52,768 nt of DNA from assembly GCA_963777955.1 (NCBI GenBank), contig CAVZSQ010000006.1:1-52768 (forward strand). The letters run 5' to 3'. Shown in pieces: positions 32,914-43,448 of this stretch (within the stretch, counting starts at the first letter, position 1; every line of letters starts with the position of its first letter). The DNA comes from Calditrichia bacterium (GTDB lineage: Bacteria; Calditrichota; Calditrichia; JAJRVZ01). A program made the position numbers and the translations under genes. The notes below the pieces were generated by a model that was not told the origin of the DNA, ran no database searches, and worked only from the letters and a program-made list of their open reading frames with translations.

Positions 32914-33462
32914 ATGCGCATTCTGGGTGGTAATTTTAAGGGGAAAAACCTACTGGGCAGTCAGGATTTGTCAATACGACCGCTGACCAATCGAATCAAA
33001 AAGAGCATCTTCGACAGCCTGCAATACTTTTACCAGGATAAATCCGTACTGGACCTGTTCAGCGGCAGCGGAAGTTTTGGCCTGGAAGCTTACAGCCGCG
33101 GGGCTAAAAATGTAACTTTTGTAGAAAAATCCGACAACTCCCTGGAAATTTTACGCCGGAATCTCTCGCTGTTATCACTGGCAGCAGGCAGCAGCGCAGT
33201 CGTCCACAGCGATGTTATTAAATTCTGCGCAGGTACAGAAAACAGTTATGATTTGATTTTAATGGACCCACCCTTTAATTTTCCGGAGATTCAGGAATTG
33301 GTCGATTTAATATTCGGGCGCAAAATTTTAAATGTGCAGGGTATTCTGGTGGTGCATCATGAGATTACCAATCCAATCTCCGCGGATACGGGAACTTATC
33401 AAATCAAACAACAGAAAAAAATCGGCAGAAGTCTGGTATCTTATATAACGGGCAGGGAGTGA
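32914..33462 (+). CDS. rsmD: 16S rRNA m2G966 methyltransferase
   Basis: MRILGG.FKG, RPLT.RIK..IF, VLDLFSGSG, MDPPF. Confidence 0.93.
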   Translation: MRILGGNFKGKNLLGSQDLSIRPLTNRIKKSIFDSLQYFYQDKSVLDLFSGSGSFGLEAYSRGAKNVTFVEKSDNSLEILRRNLSLLSLAAGSSAVVHSDVIKFCAGTENSYDLILMDPPFNFPEIQELVDLIFGRKILNVQGILVVHHEITNPISADTGTYQIKQQKKIGRSLVSYITGRE

Positions 33463-33463
33463 T

Positions 33464-33949
33464 ATGTCTAAGAAAATCGCCATTTATCCCGGGACATTTG
33501 ATCCCTTTACCTACGGGCATCTGGATATCGTCAAGCGGGCTATCAGGATTTTTGACGAACTTATCGTGACCATCGCTTTGAACGGTAAGAAGGAACCGCT
33601 ATTTTCGGTGCAGGAACGGCTTGACTTCATCAAAGATGCCACCCGGGCCATTCCCCATGTGCATACCGACTGTTTTGAAGGATTACTGGTCGATCTTGCT
33701 CAAAGGAAAAAGGCGGTTGCTGTGATCCGGGGTCTTAGAGCTATATCCGATTTTGAATATGAATTTCAAATGGCCCTGATGAATCATCGCCTGAACCCGG
33801 ATATTTCGACGGTTTTTCTGATGCCCAATGAAAAATACACTTACCTGAATTCAACTATAGTTAAAGAAGTCGCGGAATTCGGCGGAAATATCAAAAACCT
33901 GGTACCCCCTTTAGTCGCTCAAAAATTAAAACAAAAGTTTAACAGATAA
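33464..33949 (+). CDS. coaD: Phosphopantetheine adenylyltransferase
   Basis: YPGTFDP.T.GHLD, IRGLRAISDFEYEFQMA. Confidence 0.97.
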   Translation: MSKKIAIYPGTFDPFTYGHLDIVKRAIRIFDELIVTIALNGKKEPLFSVQERLDFIKDATRAIPHVHTDCFEGLLVDLAQRKKAVAVIRGLRAISDFEYEFQMALMNHRLNPDISTVFLMPNEKYTYLNSTIVKEVAEFGGNIKNLVPPLVAQKLKQKFNR

Positions 33950-33960
33950 GAGGTTTAATC

Positions 33961-34935
33961 ATGGAGATCATCGAAAAATTCAGGAAACTGGCCCAGAGCA
34001 AAAAAAGAACGATTGTTCTTCCGGAAGGGGAAGAAGAACGGGTCATTCAGGCCGCCGCTTTTTTAAAAAAGGAGAATTTAGTCACACCGATCCTGCTGGG
34101 TAATGCGGATAAAATTAATAAACTGGGTACCTCGCTCAAAGTCAGTCTTAAAGATATACAGATCAGCGAGCCGCTGAAATCAGAACATTACGCTGAATGG
34201 GCGGAGAGTTACTATCAAATGCGCAAGCATAAAAATGTCACCCCCGAGCAGGCCAGGGAAATCGTCAAAAACCCCCTGTTTTTCGGTGCCTTCATGATTC
34301 GCCAGGGAATGGCCGATGGAGCAGTGGCCGGTTCGATCAATACGACCGGTGATGTGCTGCGCGCCGGTATCCAGATTGTCGGCCTGGCCGAAGGGGTGAA
34401 CGTTGTTTCCAGTTGCTTCATCATGGTTTTAACCGACGGCAAAATCCTGACCTTCGCCGACTGTGCGGTAATTCCGGATCCTGATCCGGAACAATTATGC
34501 AGTATCGCCATCAGCAGTGCCCGTACCCATCAACGACTGGTCGAACAGGAACCCTGTGTGGCCATGCTTTCGTTTTCCACCAAGGGCAGCGCCCAGCATG
34601 CCCATGTCGATAAAGTGATCAAAGCAACCAATCTGCTTAAAGAAAAAATGCCTGGACTAAAAGTGGATGGCGAATTGCAATTCGACGCGGCTTACCTGGA
34701 ATCGGTCGGCAAACGAAAAGCGCCCGGCAGCCCGGTGGCCGGTAAAGCAAATGTCTATATTTTCCCGGACCTGGATGCCGGCAATATCGGTTATAAAATT
34801 ACCCAGCGTCTGGCCGGCGCGGAAGCCATCGGCCCGATTATCCAGGGTCTCAAAAAGCCATTCAATGATTTATCCAGAGGTTGCAGTGTTGATGATATCA
34901 TTAATGTCGCCTGTATCTGCGCGATTATCGCCTAG
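33961..34935 (+). CDS. pta: Phosphate acetyltransferase (class I)
   Basis: IVLPEG, FADCA, MLSFSTKGS, DGELQFDAA, FPDLDAGNIGYK, NDLSRGC. Confidence 0.96.
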   Translation: MEIIEKFRKLAQSKKRTIVLPEGEEERVIQAAAFLKKENLVTPILLGNADKINKLGTSLKVSLKDIQISEPLKSEHYAEWAESYYQMRKHKNVTPEQAREIVKNPLFFGAFMIRQGMADGAVAGSINTTGDVLRAGIQIVGLAEGVNVVSSCFIMVLTDGKILTFADCAVIPDPDPEQLCSIAISSARTHQRLVEQEPCVAMLSFSTKGSAQHAHVDKVIKATNLLKEKMPGLKVDGELQFDAAYLESVGKRKAPGSPVAGKANVYIFPDLDAGNIGYKITQRLAGAEAIGPIIQGLKKPFNDLSRGCSVDDIINVACICAIIA

Positions 34936-34956
34936 TGCTCAGGGAGTTTGAATTTT

Positions 34957-35226
34957 ATGCCTACGTATGAATACGCTTGCACCCGCTGCGGATTTGAATT
35001 TGAAGAGTTCCAGAGCATGGCGGCAGAACCGTTATCCATCTGCCCGAAATGCCAAGGCAGGGTGCAGAGAAAAATATCCGGAGGCACCGGATTAATTTTT
35101 AGAGGGAGTGGTTTTTATATTACCGACTACAAGAATAAGCCGGCTGCCGCAGAATCCGATACGCCGGCCACGAAAACAAAACCAAAAAGCGCCGATTCAA
35201 AAAAAACAAAAAAGACAGATGAGTGA
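34957..35226 (+). CDS. FmdB-family zinc-ribbon protein
   Basis: MPTYEY.C..CG..FE..Q.M...P...CP.C, FRGSGFY.TDY. Confidence 0.9.
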   Translation: MPTYEYACTRCGFEFEEFQSMAAEPLSICPKCQGRVQRKISGGTGLIFRGSGFYITDYKNKPAAAESDTPATKTKPKSADSKKTKKTDE

Positions 35227-35318
35227 TTTTTATAAATTATGCGTTTAAATAGCAATACAGTATCGTTGAAACTCATAAAAATTGAAATAAATTAAACAAA
35301 ATATCAAAGGAGGGGCTT

Positions 35319-36617
35319 ATGACCCAATTAAAATCCAAACTAACCGCCATCATACCGGCGTGGCGCGAAAGAGTTTCCCGTTTAATAAAAGAACACGGCG
35401 ATATTCAGATCGATACCGTTAAAATAAACCAGTTTCATGGCGGTATGCGAGGAATCAAATGCCTGACCACCGATATCTCTTATCTCGATCCTTTTGAAGG
35501 AATTCGTTTTCGTGGATACACTATTCCCGAAGTGCTGGAAAAATTACCCCGGCCCAAAGGCGCTGAGATGCCCTATGTGGAAGGACATCTGTATCTGTTA
35601 TTGACCGGCGAAATTCCCGATGAAAAACAGGTACGTGAAGTAATCGCCGATCTGCAGAAAAGAGGTAAAGTTCCGGCCTATGTCTGGACCATGCTGCGTT
35701 CCCTGCCCAAGACCACTCATCCCATGACCATGTTTTCCATGGCCATTATGGCCCTGCAACGTGATTCACTGTTCGTACAGCGCTATAACCAGGGCATGAA
35801 TAAAATGGAATACTGGGAACCCATGTACGAAGATTCCATGAACCTGATTGCCAAACTGAATACCATCGCTGCTTTTATTTACAGACTGAAATACAAAAAA
35901 GACAAACAGATCAGGCCGAATTTTAAACTCGATTACGGCACAAACTTTGCCCACATGATGGGTATTGATACCCCCTATGATGAATTATCCCGGCTGTACT
36001 TTATTCTGCACAGCGACCATGAGAGCGGCAATGTCAGCGCCCATACCACGCACCTGGTTGCCTCGGCCCTGTCCGATGCCTACTATTCCCTGTCCGCCGG
36101 TATGAACGGCCTGGCCGGTCCCCTGCATGGCCTGGCCAACCAGGAAGTCCTCGGCTGGATTCAGGAGTTAATGGAAAAAATGGGTAATAAAATTCCCAGC
36201 AAAGCGGATATGGAAAAATTCGTATGGGATACTTTAAACTCCGGTCAGGTAATCCCCGGCTATGGACATGCCGTGCTGCGCAAAACCGATCCGCGTTATA
36301 CCGCCCAGCGTGATTTTGCGCTGAAACACCTGCCGCAGGATCCACTGTTCAAGATAGTCAGCATGCTGTATGACGTGGTTCCGCCGATCCTGGAAAAACA
36401 GGGCAAGGCCAAAAATCCCTGGCCCAATGTGGATGCGCATTCCGGCGTGCTGCAATGGTACTATGGAGTGAAAGAATATGATTTCTATACGGTGATGTTC
36501 GGCGTCGGCCGGGCTCTGGGTGTACTGGCCAACATTATCTGGGACCGGGCTCTCGGCCAGGCTCTGGAACGTCCAAAATCACTGACGCTCGAAAATGCTG
36601 GAAGATTTTGTGGCTAA
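35319..36617 (+). CDS. gltA: Citrate (Si)-synthase, eukaryote/Geobacter type
   Basis: GGMRG...S.LDP.EGIRFRG, LHSDHESGNVSAH, GLAGPLHGLANQ, IPGYGHAVLRKTDPRY, NPWPNVDAHSG; last ~7 codons possibly frameshifted. Confidence 0.95.
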   Translation: MTQLKSKLTAIIPAWRERVSRLIKEHGDIQIDTVKINQFHGGMRGIKCLTTDISYLDPFEGIRFRGYTIPEVLEKLPRPKGAEMPYVEGHLYLLLTGEIPDEKQVREVIADLQKRGKVPAYVWTMLRSLPKTTHPMTMFSMAIMALQRDSLFVQRYNQGMNKMEYWEPMYEDSMNLIAKLNTIAAFIYRLKYKKDKQIRPNFKLDYGTNFAHMMGIDTPYDELSRLYFILHSDHESGNVSAHTTHLVASALSDAYYSLSAGMNGLAGPLHGLANQEVLGWIQELMEKMGNKIPSKADMEKFVWDTLNSGQVIPGYGHAVLRKTDPRYTAQRDFALKHLPQDPLFKIVSMLYDVVPPILEKQGKAKNPWPNVDAHSGVLQWYYGVKEYDFYTVMFGVGRALGVLANIIWDRALGQALERPKSLTLENAGRFCG

Positions 36618-36650
36618 GCAGGCAATCAATTATTTTAGTTCGATGACCAT

Positions 36651-36683
36651 AAGGGGATTCCAGCCGATCGAATCCCCTTTTTT
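36651..36683 (+). terminator. Rho-independent terminator after gltA
   Basis: AAGGGGATTC-loop-GAATCCCCTT followed by a T run. Confidence 0.8.
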
Positions 36684-36717
36684 ATTAATAAAATCCGGAT
36701 GAAATGATCGGGGAGGG

Positions 36718-38493
36718 TTATCCGACCATCATTTCCTGCGATTTATATTGTAATAAATATAACTGATAGTACAATCCTTTACGGTCGATCAGTTCCTGAT
36801 GCGTTCCTATTTCGCGTATTTTCCCCTTATGCACCACGATGATTTTATCGACATGCTTGATCGTCGAGAGACGATGGGCAATGATCAGTGAAGTTCTGCC
36901 GTTCATCAGGACTTCCAGAGCCTGTTGTATCAATATTTCTGTTTCGGTATCCACACTGGAAGTCGCTTCATCCAGTATCAGGATGCGCGGATCAATGACC
37001 AGAGCCCGGGCAAAAGAGATCAATTGTCTTTGACCCATCGAAAGGGTCATGCCGCGTTCCTTCACCTGGGTATCATATCTGAGCGGCAGATTTTCGATAA
37101 AGGTATGAGCATTCACCTGTCGTGCGGCCCATTCAATACGCTCGTCGCTGATGCTCCGGTCACCCAGACGGATATTATCCCGGATGGTACCGGAAAATAA
37201 AAAGACATCCTGTAATACCACCGCCATCTGCCGGCGCAGGGAAGCCAGATCCCAGTTTTTAATCGATATCCCGTCGACCAGGATTTCGCCGGATTGAATT
37301 TCATATTGCCGGCCCAGGATATTGATCAGGCTCGTTTTACCGGCTCCGGTATGACCGACCAGCGCCACGCTTTCTCCCGGTTGTAAACTGAAATTTATAT
37401 CTTTTAAAACAAAATCTTCATTATTATATGCAAAATATACTTTGCGGAAATCGATCTCACCGGCGATCGTTTTGACCGGCGCGGGCTGAGCTGCTGAAAC
37501 AATATCCTGCCCCGTATCCAGCAATTTAAAAAGACGTTCCGCTGAGGCCATGGCCTGTTGCAGAATATTGTATTTTTCCGACAGATCCATGATCGGGCGG
37601 AAGAACATCTGCGCATACTGGATGAAAGCAACCAGCGCGCCAAAAGTCGTCAACCCTTCTGCTTTAAAAATACCACCGCGCCAGATCACCAGGCCGATGG
37701 CTACGGAACTGACCAGTTCGATGGCCGGATAAAATATGGCATAGTAGAATACGGTTTGCACATTGTATTTAGTATGCTCATAATTTATGCCGCTGAATAT
37801 TTTATAATTTTCTCCCACACGATCGAACACCTGAACCGTACTCATGCCGGTCAGATTTTCCTGCATATAGGAATTAATGCGGGCCAGCCATTTTCTGATA
37901 TCACGAAAGGCCACCCGTACACGGGCCCGGAATATAAAAGTGATGATGAACAGGAATGGAATTACCGAAAAAGTCCACAGGGCCAGGCGATAATCCAGGT
38001 AAATTAAAGAAATAATGATGCCCAATAAAAGAAAAACATCGCCGAAGATAGTAACAATCCCCTGCGTAAACATCTGGTTCAGCGATTCCACATCCGAAGT
38101 AACCCGGGTCATCAAACGGCCCACCGGGTTTTTATCGAAAAATTTCAGGGAGAGCGACTGCAGATGTGTGAAGACTTTGGAGCGCAGATCGAACATCAAT
38201 TTCTGGCCAAAATACTGGGTGACATAGATCTGCGCGAACTGACTGAAAAAAACCAGGACCATGACCAGCAGATACATGACCAGAATAATATATAAACCGG
38301 ATAAATTTTTTAGCGCAATATATTTATCGATGGCCAGCTTGGTAATATAGGGACCGGCCAGTTGCAGGAAGGACGCCAGCAGCGTGAGCATAATACCAAA
38401 AAAAACGAGTTGCTTATACGGTACAGCAAATTTCAGCAGCCGTTTGAACAGGCGCGAATCATATGCTTTACCGCTCAATTCATCATCGTACAT
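36718..38493 (-). CDS. ABC exporter, fused permease/ATPase (MdlB-like)
   Basis: Six-TM domain, GRLMTRVTSDV, GHTGAGKT, LSMGQRQL, LILDEATS, IAHRLST. Confidence 0.92.
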   Translation of the reverse strand: MYDDELSGKAYDSRLFKRLLKFAVPYKQLVFFGIMLTLLASFLQLAGPYITKLAIDKYIALKNLSGLYIILVMYLLVMVLVFFSQFAQIYVTQYFGQKLMFDLRSKVFTHLQSLSLKFFDKNPVGRLMTRVTSDVESLNQMFTQGIVTIFGDVFLLLGIIISLIYLDYRLALWTFSVIPFLFIITFIFRARVRVAFRDIRKWLARINSYMQENLTGMSTVQVFDRVGENYKIFSGINYEHTKYNVQTVFYYAIFYPAIELVSSVAIGLVIWRGGIFKAEGLTTFGALVAFIQYAQMFFRPIMDLSEKYNILQQAMASAERLFKLLDTGQDIVSAAQPAPVKTIAGEIDFRKVYFAYNNEDFVLKDINFSLQPGESVALVGHTGAGKTSLINILGRQYEIQSGEILVDGISIKNWDLASLRRQMAVVLQDVFLFSGTIRDNIRLGDRSISDERIEWAARQVNAHTFIENLPLRYDTQVKERGMTLSMGQRQLISFARALVIDPRILILDEATSSVDTETEILIQQALEVLMNGRTSLIIAHRLSTIKHVDKIIVVHKGKIREIGTHQELIDRKGLYYQLYLLQYKSQEMMVG

Positions 38494-38689
38494 CAGGCCA
38501 CACCTTTTAAACCGACTTAAATTATAAAATAAAACATCTATATTTTAACTGCAATTATTGTTATTAAAATCCTGATCTGCTGAAATATTAAAACCGCATA
38601 ATTTTTCTGAAATAAATTTAATTATATTGCTTATATTCTGAGCACCTAATTAATCCGGCATAAATCAATATAAGCAGGACTAAGCTCTG

Positions 38690-40050
38690 ATGGAAAATCA
38701 ACGTGCCCAATGGGGTTCAAAATTCGGATTTATTATGGCCGGCGCCGGCTCGGCTATCGGTCTGGGCAATGTCTGGCGTTTCCCTTATATCGCCGGGGAA
38801 AACGGCGGGGCCGCCTTCGTACTGGTCTATTTGCTGGTGGTGCTGCTGATGGGTCTGCCGTACATGATCGCCGAACTGGCCCTGGGCCGGGCCACCCAGC
38901 TCAATCCCGTCGGTGCGATTCTAGGATCAGGCCTGGTTCCCGCTGGAAATGGGTGGGTGTGCTGGGGGTGGTTACCGGTCTCGGTATCCTGTCTTTCTAT
39001 AGTGTGATTGCCGGTTGGACCCTGGGTTATATCTATAAAACAGGTGTAGCTGCAGCTGCAGCGGGTGCAGGTTTGAATTTTCAGGAGTTCGTTGCTGACC
39101 CGCTCTCCACTATTTTATTATTCGCAGTATTTATTTTTATTACCGCTTTGATTGTATACGGCGGAATAGAACACGGTATTGAAAGATGGTCGAAAATCCT
39201 GTTACCCTTGCTGTTTTTAATTTTATTTGGTTTGATCATCTATGCAGTTTCTCTGCCCGGTGCGATGAAGGGGGTTAGTTTCTACTTAAATCCTGATTTT
39301 TCAAAAATTACCGGCAGAACATTTTTAGCTGCACTGGGCCAGGCCTTTTTCTCTTTAAGCCTGGGCATGGGTCTGATGATTACCTACGGCAGTTATCTGT
39401 CCAAAAAGGATAACATGGTAGTATCCGCCATATATATCTCTCTGTTTGACACCCTGGCAGCTTTCATGGCCGGACTGATTATTTTCCCGGCCTTATTCTC
39501 CATGGGTGAAAGTCCGGCGATGGGACCAAAATTGGTCTTTATTATCCTGCCCAGGTTATTCGCCCAGATGCCGGGAGGAATGATCGTCGGCCCGTTCTTT
39601 TTCATTTTACTGGCCATTGCCGCCATTACTTCCACAATTTCCCTGCTGGAGGTGCTGGTTACTTATCTGGTTGACCAGAAGAAATATAACCGTAAAAAAG
39701 TTGTCTGGCTCGCTGCCCTGCTGACATTCATACTGGGCATCCCGGCGGCCCTCTCCCAGGGTGCCAGTGAGGTTTTTACCAATATGCAGATATTACCGGC
39801 GAATCTTAGTCCGGCAGATATATTAAGTCAGATGAGTTTTCTCTTCGGCGATCTGGCCCTGGTCATCGGCGGTTTGTTACTCTCCATTTTTATCGGCTGG
39901 GTTTGGAAAGCCGATAAAGCCAGTGAAGAAATACAACAAGGTTCAGCACTTTTCATTAAATTCAAACAGGTATGGATATTCCTGATAAAATATTTCCTGC
40001 CTGCGGTGATCTTTTTGATTCTATTGAATCTATTCGGCGTGTTCAACTAA
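38690..40050 (+). CDS. Sodium-dependent transporter (NSS/SNF family), frameshift near 38920
   Basis: W.SK.GFIMA.AGSAIGLGNVWRFPY..GENGG in 38690-39007; ALGQAFFSLSLG.G...TYGSY in 38710-40050. Confidence 0.92.
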
Positions 40051-40066
40051 TAACAGAAGAAATAAT

Positions 40067-41158
40067 ATGCAAACCGGAATCGTTGGCTTACCCTTTTCAG
40101 GAAAATCAACCCTGTTCTCAACTTTATTGGCCCACGCTCATGTTGCTCATGATGAAAGTTCCAGGCATAAACAGGAAACCGAGCGCGGGGTCGTAAAAGT
40201 TCCCGATCAGCGGCTGGATCAACTCACCAAAATTTTCCAGCCGAAGAAACAGGTGAATGCCACTATTGAGTTCATCAAGGTTCCCGGCCTGGATAAGGAA
40301 AAACATCAGGGCAAGGGCCTGCCGCCGCAATTCCTGGCCAACACCAAGTCGGTGGAATTAATCCTGGTGATGATCCGGGCTTTCGAGAATGAATTATTTC
40401 CCCATCCTCTGGGCAAAGTGGATCCCTGGCGCGACATCAATTTTATCGGCAGCGAATTCCTGCTCAACGATCTGGCTATTGCCGAAAACCGCATTGATAA
40501 ACTGGAAAAACTGATCCAGAAGACCCAGCTGGATAAGGATAAAAGAGAACTGCTGGTGCTGCAGCGTTGTAAAAAATTTTTGGATGAAGAGCGTTCCCTG
40601 CGCGACCTTGGTTTAGCGGAGCAGGATGAATTCCTGATCCGCAGTTACCAGTTCCTGTCGCTCAAACCTGTTTTGTTCGTACTTAATATTGCCGAGAGCG
40701 AAATTAAAAATTCAATGCAGATTGAAAATGAAATTAAGAGCAGGTTAAAAACACACTGCGGGGTGGTCGCCCTCAGTGCTGAAATAGAAAAGGAAATTGC
40801 GCAACTAGGTCCTGAAGATGTACAGGCCTTTCTGAATGATCTGCAGATCAGCGAACCGGCGCTGCTTAAAGTCATTCACGCTGCTTATAAGCTGCTTGGC
40901 TTGCACTCCTTTTTCACTTTCGGCGAGGACGAATGCCGCGCCTGGCCGTTCCCCGCTGGCATGCAGGCGCAACAGGCTGCCGGGCTCATTCATTCGGATC
41001 TGGAGAAGGGCTTTATACGGGCGGAGGTTATCCCTGCGCAGGAACTGATTAAATTGGGCAGCGAGGCCGCCTGCAAGGAAAAGGGCTTTTACAAACTGGA
41101 AGGTAAAGAATACAAGGTGCAGGACGGTGATATTCTGACTATTCGCTTCAATGTTTAG
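40067..41158 (+). CDS. ychF: Redox-regulated ATPase YchF
   Basis: GIVGLPFSGKST, V.VPD.RL, AG.IHSDLEKGFIRAE, EGKEY.VQDGD...RFNV. Confidence 0.93.
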   Translation: MQTGIVGLPFSGKSTLFSTLLAHAHVAHDESSRHKQETERGVVKVPDQRLDQLTKIFQPKKQVNATIEFIKVPGLDKEKHQGKGLPPQFLANTKSVELILVMIRAFENELFPHPLGKVDPWRDINFIGSEFLLNDLAIAENRIDKLEKLIQKTQLDKDKRELLVLQRCKKFLDEERSLRDLGLAEQDEFLIRSYQFLSLKPVLFVLNIAESEIKNSMQIENEIKSRLKTHCGVVALSAEIEKEIAQLGPEDVQAFLNDLQISEPALLKVIHAAYKLLGLHSFFTFGEDECRAWPFPAGMQAQQAAGLIHSDLEKGFIRAEVIPAQELIKLGSEAACKEKGFYKLEGKEYKVQDGDILTIRFNV

Positions 41159-41175
41159 TCTAATTGAAGGCATTA

Positions 41176-41561
41176 TTATGAAAACGGCACGGGGCCTTCG
41201 ATCACCACAAAGGCCAGGGCATTATCATCCGTATGAGCCAGCGACAAGAGTACTTTCCGCTCGCCCAGGTATTCGGCGATCTGTCCATAAAATTTAAAAT
41301 AAGGCTGGCCCAGCGCATCATTAAGCACTTCCACGTCTTTCCAGTTCATCTCCCCCCGCAGCCCGGTACCCAGCGCTTTGAGCAAGGCTTCCTTGGCAGC
41401 AAACCTGGCGGCGTAATTTAAAACCCCGTTAACTTTCTGAGAGCAATAGGCAATTTCAGCGGCGTATACACTTTTTTGAGGAAGCGCTCGCCATGTTCCG
41501 CGATCAGTTTTTCCAGCCGCGGGATATCGCACAAATCGACGCCGATGGAAATAATATTCAT
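41176..41561 (-). CDS. acpS: Holo-ACP synthase, frameshift near 41460
   Basis: MNIISIGVDLCDI.R from ATG 41561; ARFAAKEA..KALGTG, G.P and SLAH in the second frame. Confidence 0.9.
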
Positions 41562-41591
41562 AAGATTAACTATTTATATAATCAGGTATTT

Positions 41592-41686
41592 GGATAAAGG
41601 TAAAAGGTTAAAGGAAAAAGGATAAAGTGAAAATATTTGCGAACCTACTTTATCCTTTATCCCTTTATCCTTTATCCTTTACCCTT
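41592..41686. repeat. Inverted pair of heptamer tandem arrays (GGWTAAA)n ... (TTTATCC)n
   Basis: GGATAAA GGTAAAA GGTTAAA GGAAAAA GGATAAA at 41592-41627 facing TTTATCC x4 plus TTTACCC at 41648-41684. Confidence 0.8.
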
Positions 41687-41777
41687 AAATATTAACAAAA
41701 ACATTTTACTGAATAATAATAAATTCTTATTTTTGAGCATTTTACGAAGTAAATTTCAGAAGCGCAAGGATGTAGAA

Positions 41778-42359
41778 TTGATAGTACACAGCCGAGAGAA
41801 CGATTCCGAATTGATCGGTCAGGCCCGCAGCGGTAATTCCAAAGCCTATGAAAAATTATTAAAGAAGTACAAAAACTCCGTTTACAATCTGGTTTTCCGC
41901 ATGGTTAAAAATGTTCAGGATGCGGAAGACCTGACCCAGGAGGCGTTCATCAAGGCCTTCAATTCTCTGGCTTCCTTCAATGAAGAATACGCTTTTTCCA
42001 CCTGGCTGTATAAAATTGCCACCAATAATTGTATCGATTATTTTCGCAAACGCAAACTGCAGATGTACTCGCTGGACAAGCCGATTCAATTCAAAGACTC
42101 GGAACTGCAGCCCGAAATTCCCGATCCCGATTTCAATGCTGAAAAAACAATCCTGACTTCCGAACGGAATCGCCTGATCCGCGAAGCAATTGAATCTCTG
42201 CCCAAAAAATACTATACCGCCATTTTTCTGCGGCATACTGAAGAAAAATCGTACGAAGAGATTGCCGCCATCTTAAAGTTGCCGCTGGGCACGGTAAAAG
42301 CGCGTATCTTCCGCGCCCGTGAAATGCTGAATAAGGTCTTAAAAGAAAAACTGCGCTGA
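41778..42359 (+). CDS. ECF sigma-70 factor (SigW/RpoE-like)
   Basis: DAEDLTQEAFIKA, FSTWLYKIA.N..ID..RK, SYEEIA..L..PLGTVKARIFRAR; TTG start after AAGGA. Confidence 0.92.
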   Translation: MIVHSRENDSELIGQARSGNSKAYEKLLKKYKNSVYNLVFRMVKNVQDAEDLTQEAFIKAFNSLASFNEEYAFSTWLYKIATNNCIDYFRKRKLQMYSLDKPIQFKDSELQPEIPDPDFNAEKTILTSERNRLIREAIESLPKKYYTAIFLRHTEEKSYEEIAAILKLPLGTVKARIFRAREMLNKVLKEKLR

Positions 42360-42374
42360 GCCCCGTTGGCCGGA

Positions 42375-43448
42375 CTAATCCAGACCATCGATAGAGTTAT
42401 CTGTCTCCGGAACATAGCCGGAAATATATTCCTCAACCCGTTCCGGATTTTGTTCGTACAACAGATAATTGCTGCGCGGGACTTTAAGATTTATTACTCC
42501 CGTGGGCAGGTGTGAATTGATCAATTGCGGGTTATATGCTTTCAAGCGGGCCGCACTTAAACCGAAATACCCGGCCAGTTCCTGAATCGATATACGTTTC
42601 AAGCCCACCACATACGATATGTTTTCCAAACTGTCGTTATAAAAAAAATCATTATTCTCAACATAAAATCCGTATTTTTCAGGCTGCGATAAAACTATTT
42701 GGGCTGCCACTATTTTAAAAAAGTAGCGTTCGGTTTCTTCGGCTAGGGACAGTTCAAAAAATGAACGGGTTCGTTGCCTGGCCATGGCCTGGGTAACCCG
42801 GCCAAGTCCGGCATTATAAGAAGCCAGAACCAGCGGCCAGTCACCCAGAATATTCTTCAGATCGCGGAACATCCACATGGCTGCCGCTGTAGCGCGTTCG
42901 ACCTCGCGGCGTTCGTCGATATCGGAATTGATTTTAAGATCGTATAATCTGCCGGTGGCCCGCATGAATTGCCACAAGCCCACGGCATTGGCCCTGGAGC
43001 GGACATGAGGCAATAAAGCGCTTTCATGCACGGCGATATACTTCAGATCGTCGGGCAGTTGTGCCTCTTTGAGATACTTTTCGATCATCGGCAGATAGCG
43101 GGCCGAGCGCTTGAGATAGAGTTGAATCTGGGCCTGTTCGTTGAGCAGCAGATAAAATTCCCGTTCCAGCCGTTCGCGGATTATGATATTATCGGTATTC
43201 AGGGTATCGCCGCAAAAAACAACCGGTACGGGCAATTGATGGCTGTTGACGTAACTGCGTTTTCCGGCTTTTTCGACCTGTTCTTGCAGTTGCCGGATTT
43301 CCTGCTGTAGGACTGCTATCCGCTCGCCTGATCCTAAAATTCCGCTGCTGAATCCAAGCAAAAGCAACAAAACCACAATAATTGACTGGCCCAGAAAGGT
43401 AATCAGCAATGTATATAAAAATTTACGGTGTTTCTCCTGCATAACCAC
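42375..43448 (-). CDS. Lytic murein transglycosylase (MltD-like SLT)
   Basis: LPDDLKYIAVHES, A.GLWQFM..T, ASYNAG, ET.RY. Confidence 0.88.
   Translation of the reverse strand: MVMQEKHRKFLYTLLITFLGQSIIVVLLLLLGFSSGILGSGERIAVLQQEIRQLQEQVEKAGKRSYVNSHQLPVPVVFCGDTLNTDNIIIRERLEREFYLLLNEQAQIQLYLKRSARYLPMIEKYLKEAQLPDDLKYIAVHESALLPHVRSRANAVGLWQFMRATGRLYDLKINSDIDERREVERATAAAMWMFRDLKNILGDWPLVLASYNAGLGRVTQAMARQRTRSFFELSLAEETERYFFKIVAAQIVLSQPEKYGFYVENNDFFYNDSLENISYVVGLKRISIQELAGYFGLSAARLKAYNPQLINSHLPTGVINLKVPRSNYLLYEQNPERVEEYISGYVPETDNSIDGLD

Noticed and set aside
41637..41777. N-terminal extension of the ECF sigma factor (FILYPFILYP)
   Set aside because: This is a translation of the heptamer repeats; a better RBS and TTG start lie at 41778.
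2263..43310. Numerous antisense and overlapping ORFs in the ORF track (e.g. 5271-5894, 8479-9057, 9950-10474, 27354-27845, 37558-38007)
   Set aside because: Shadow frames of well-supported genes on the opposite strand or in another frame, with no independent motifs.
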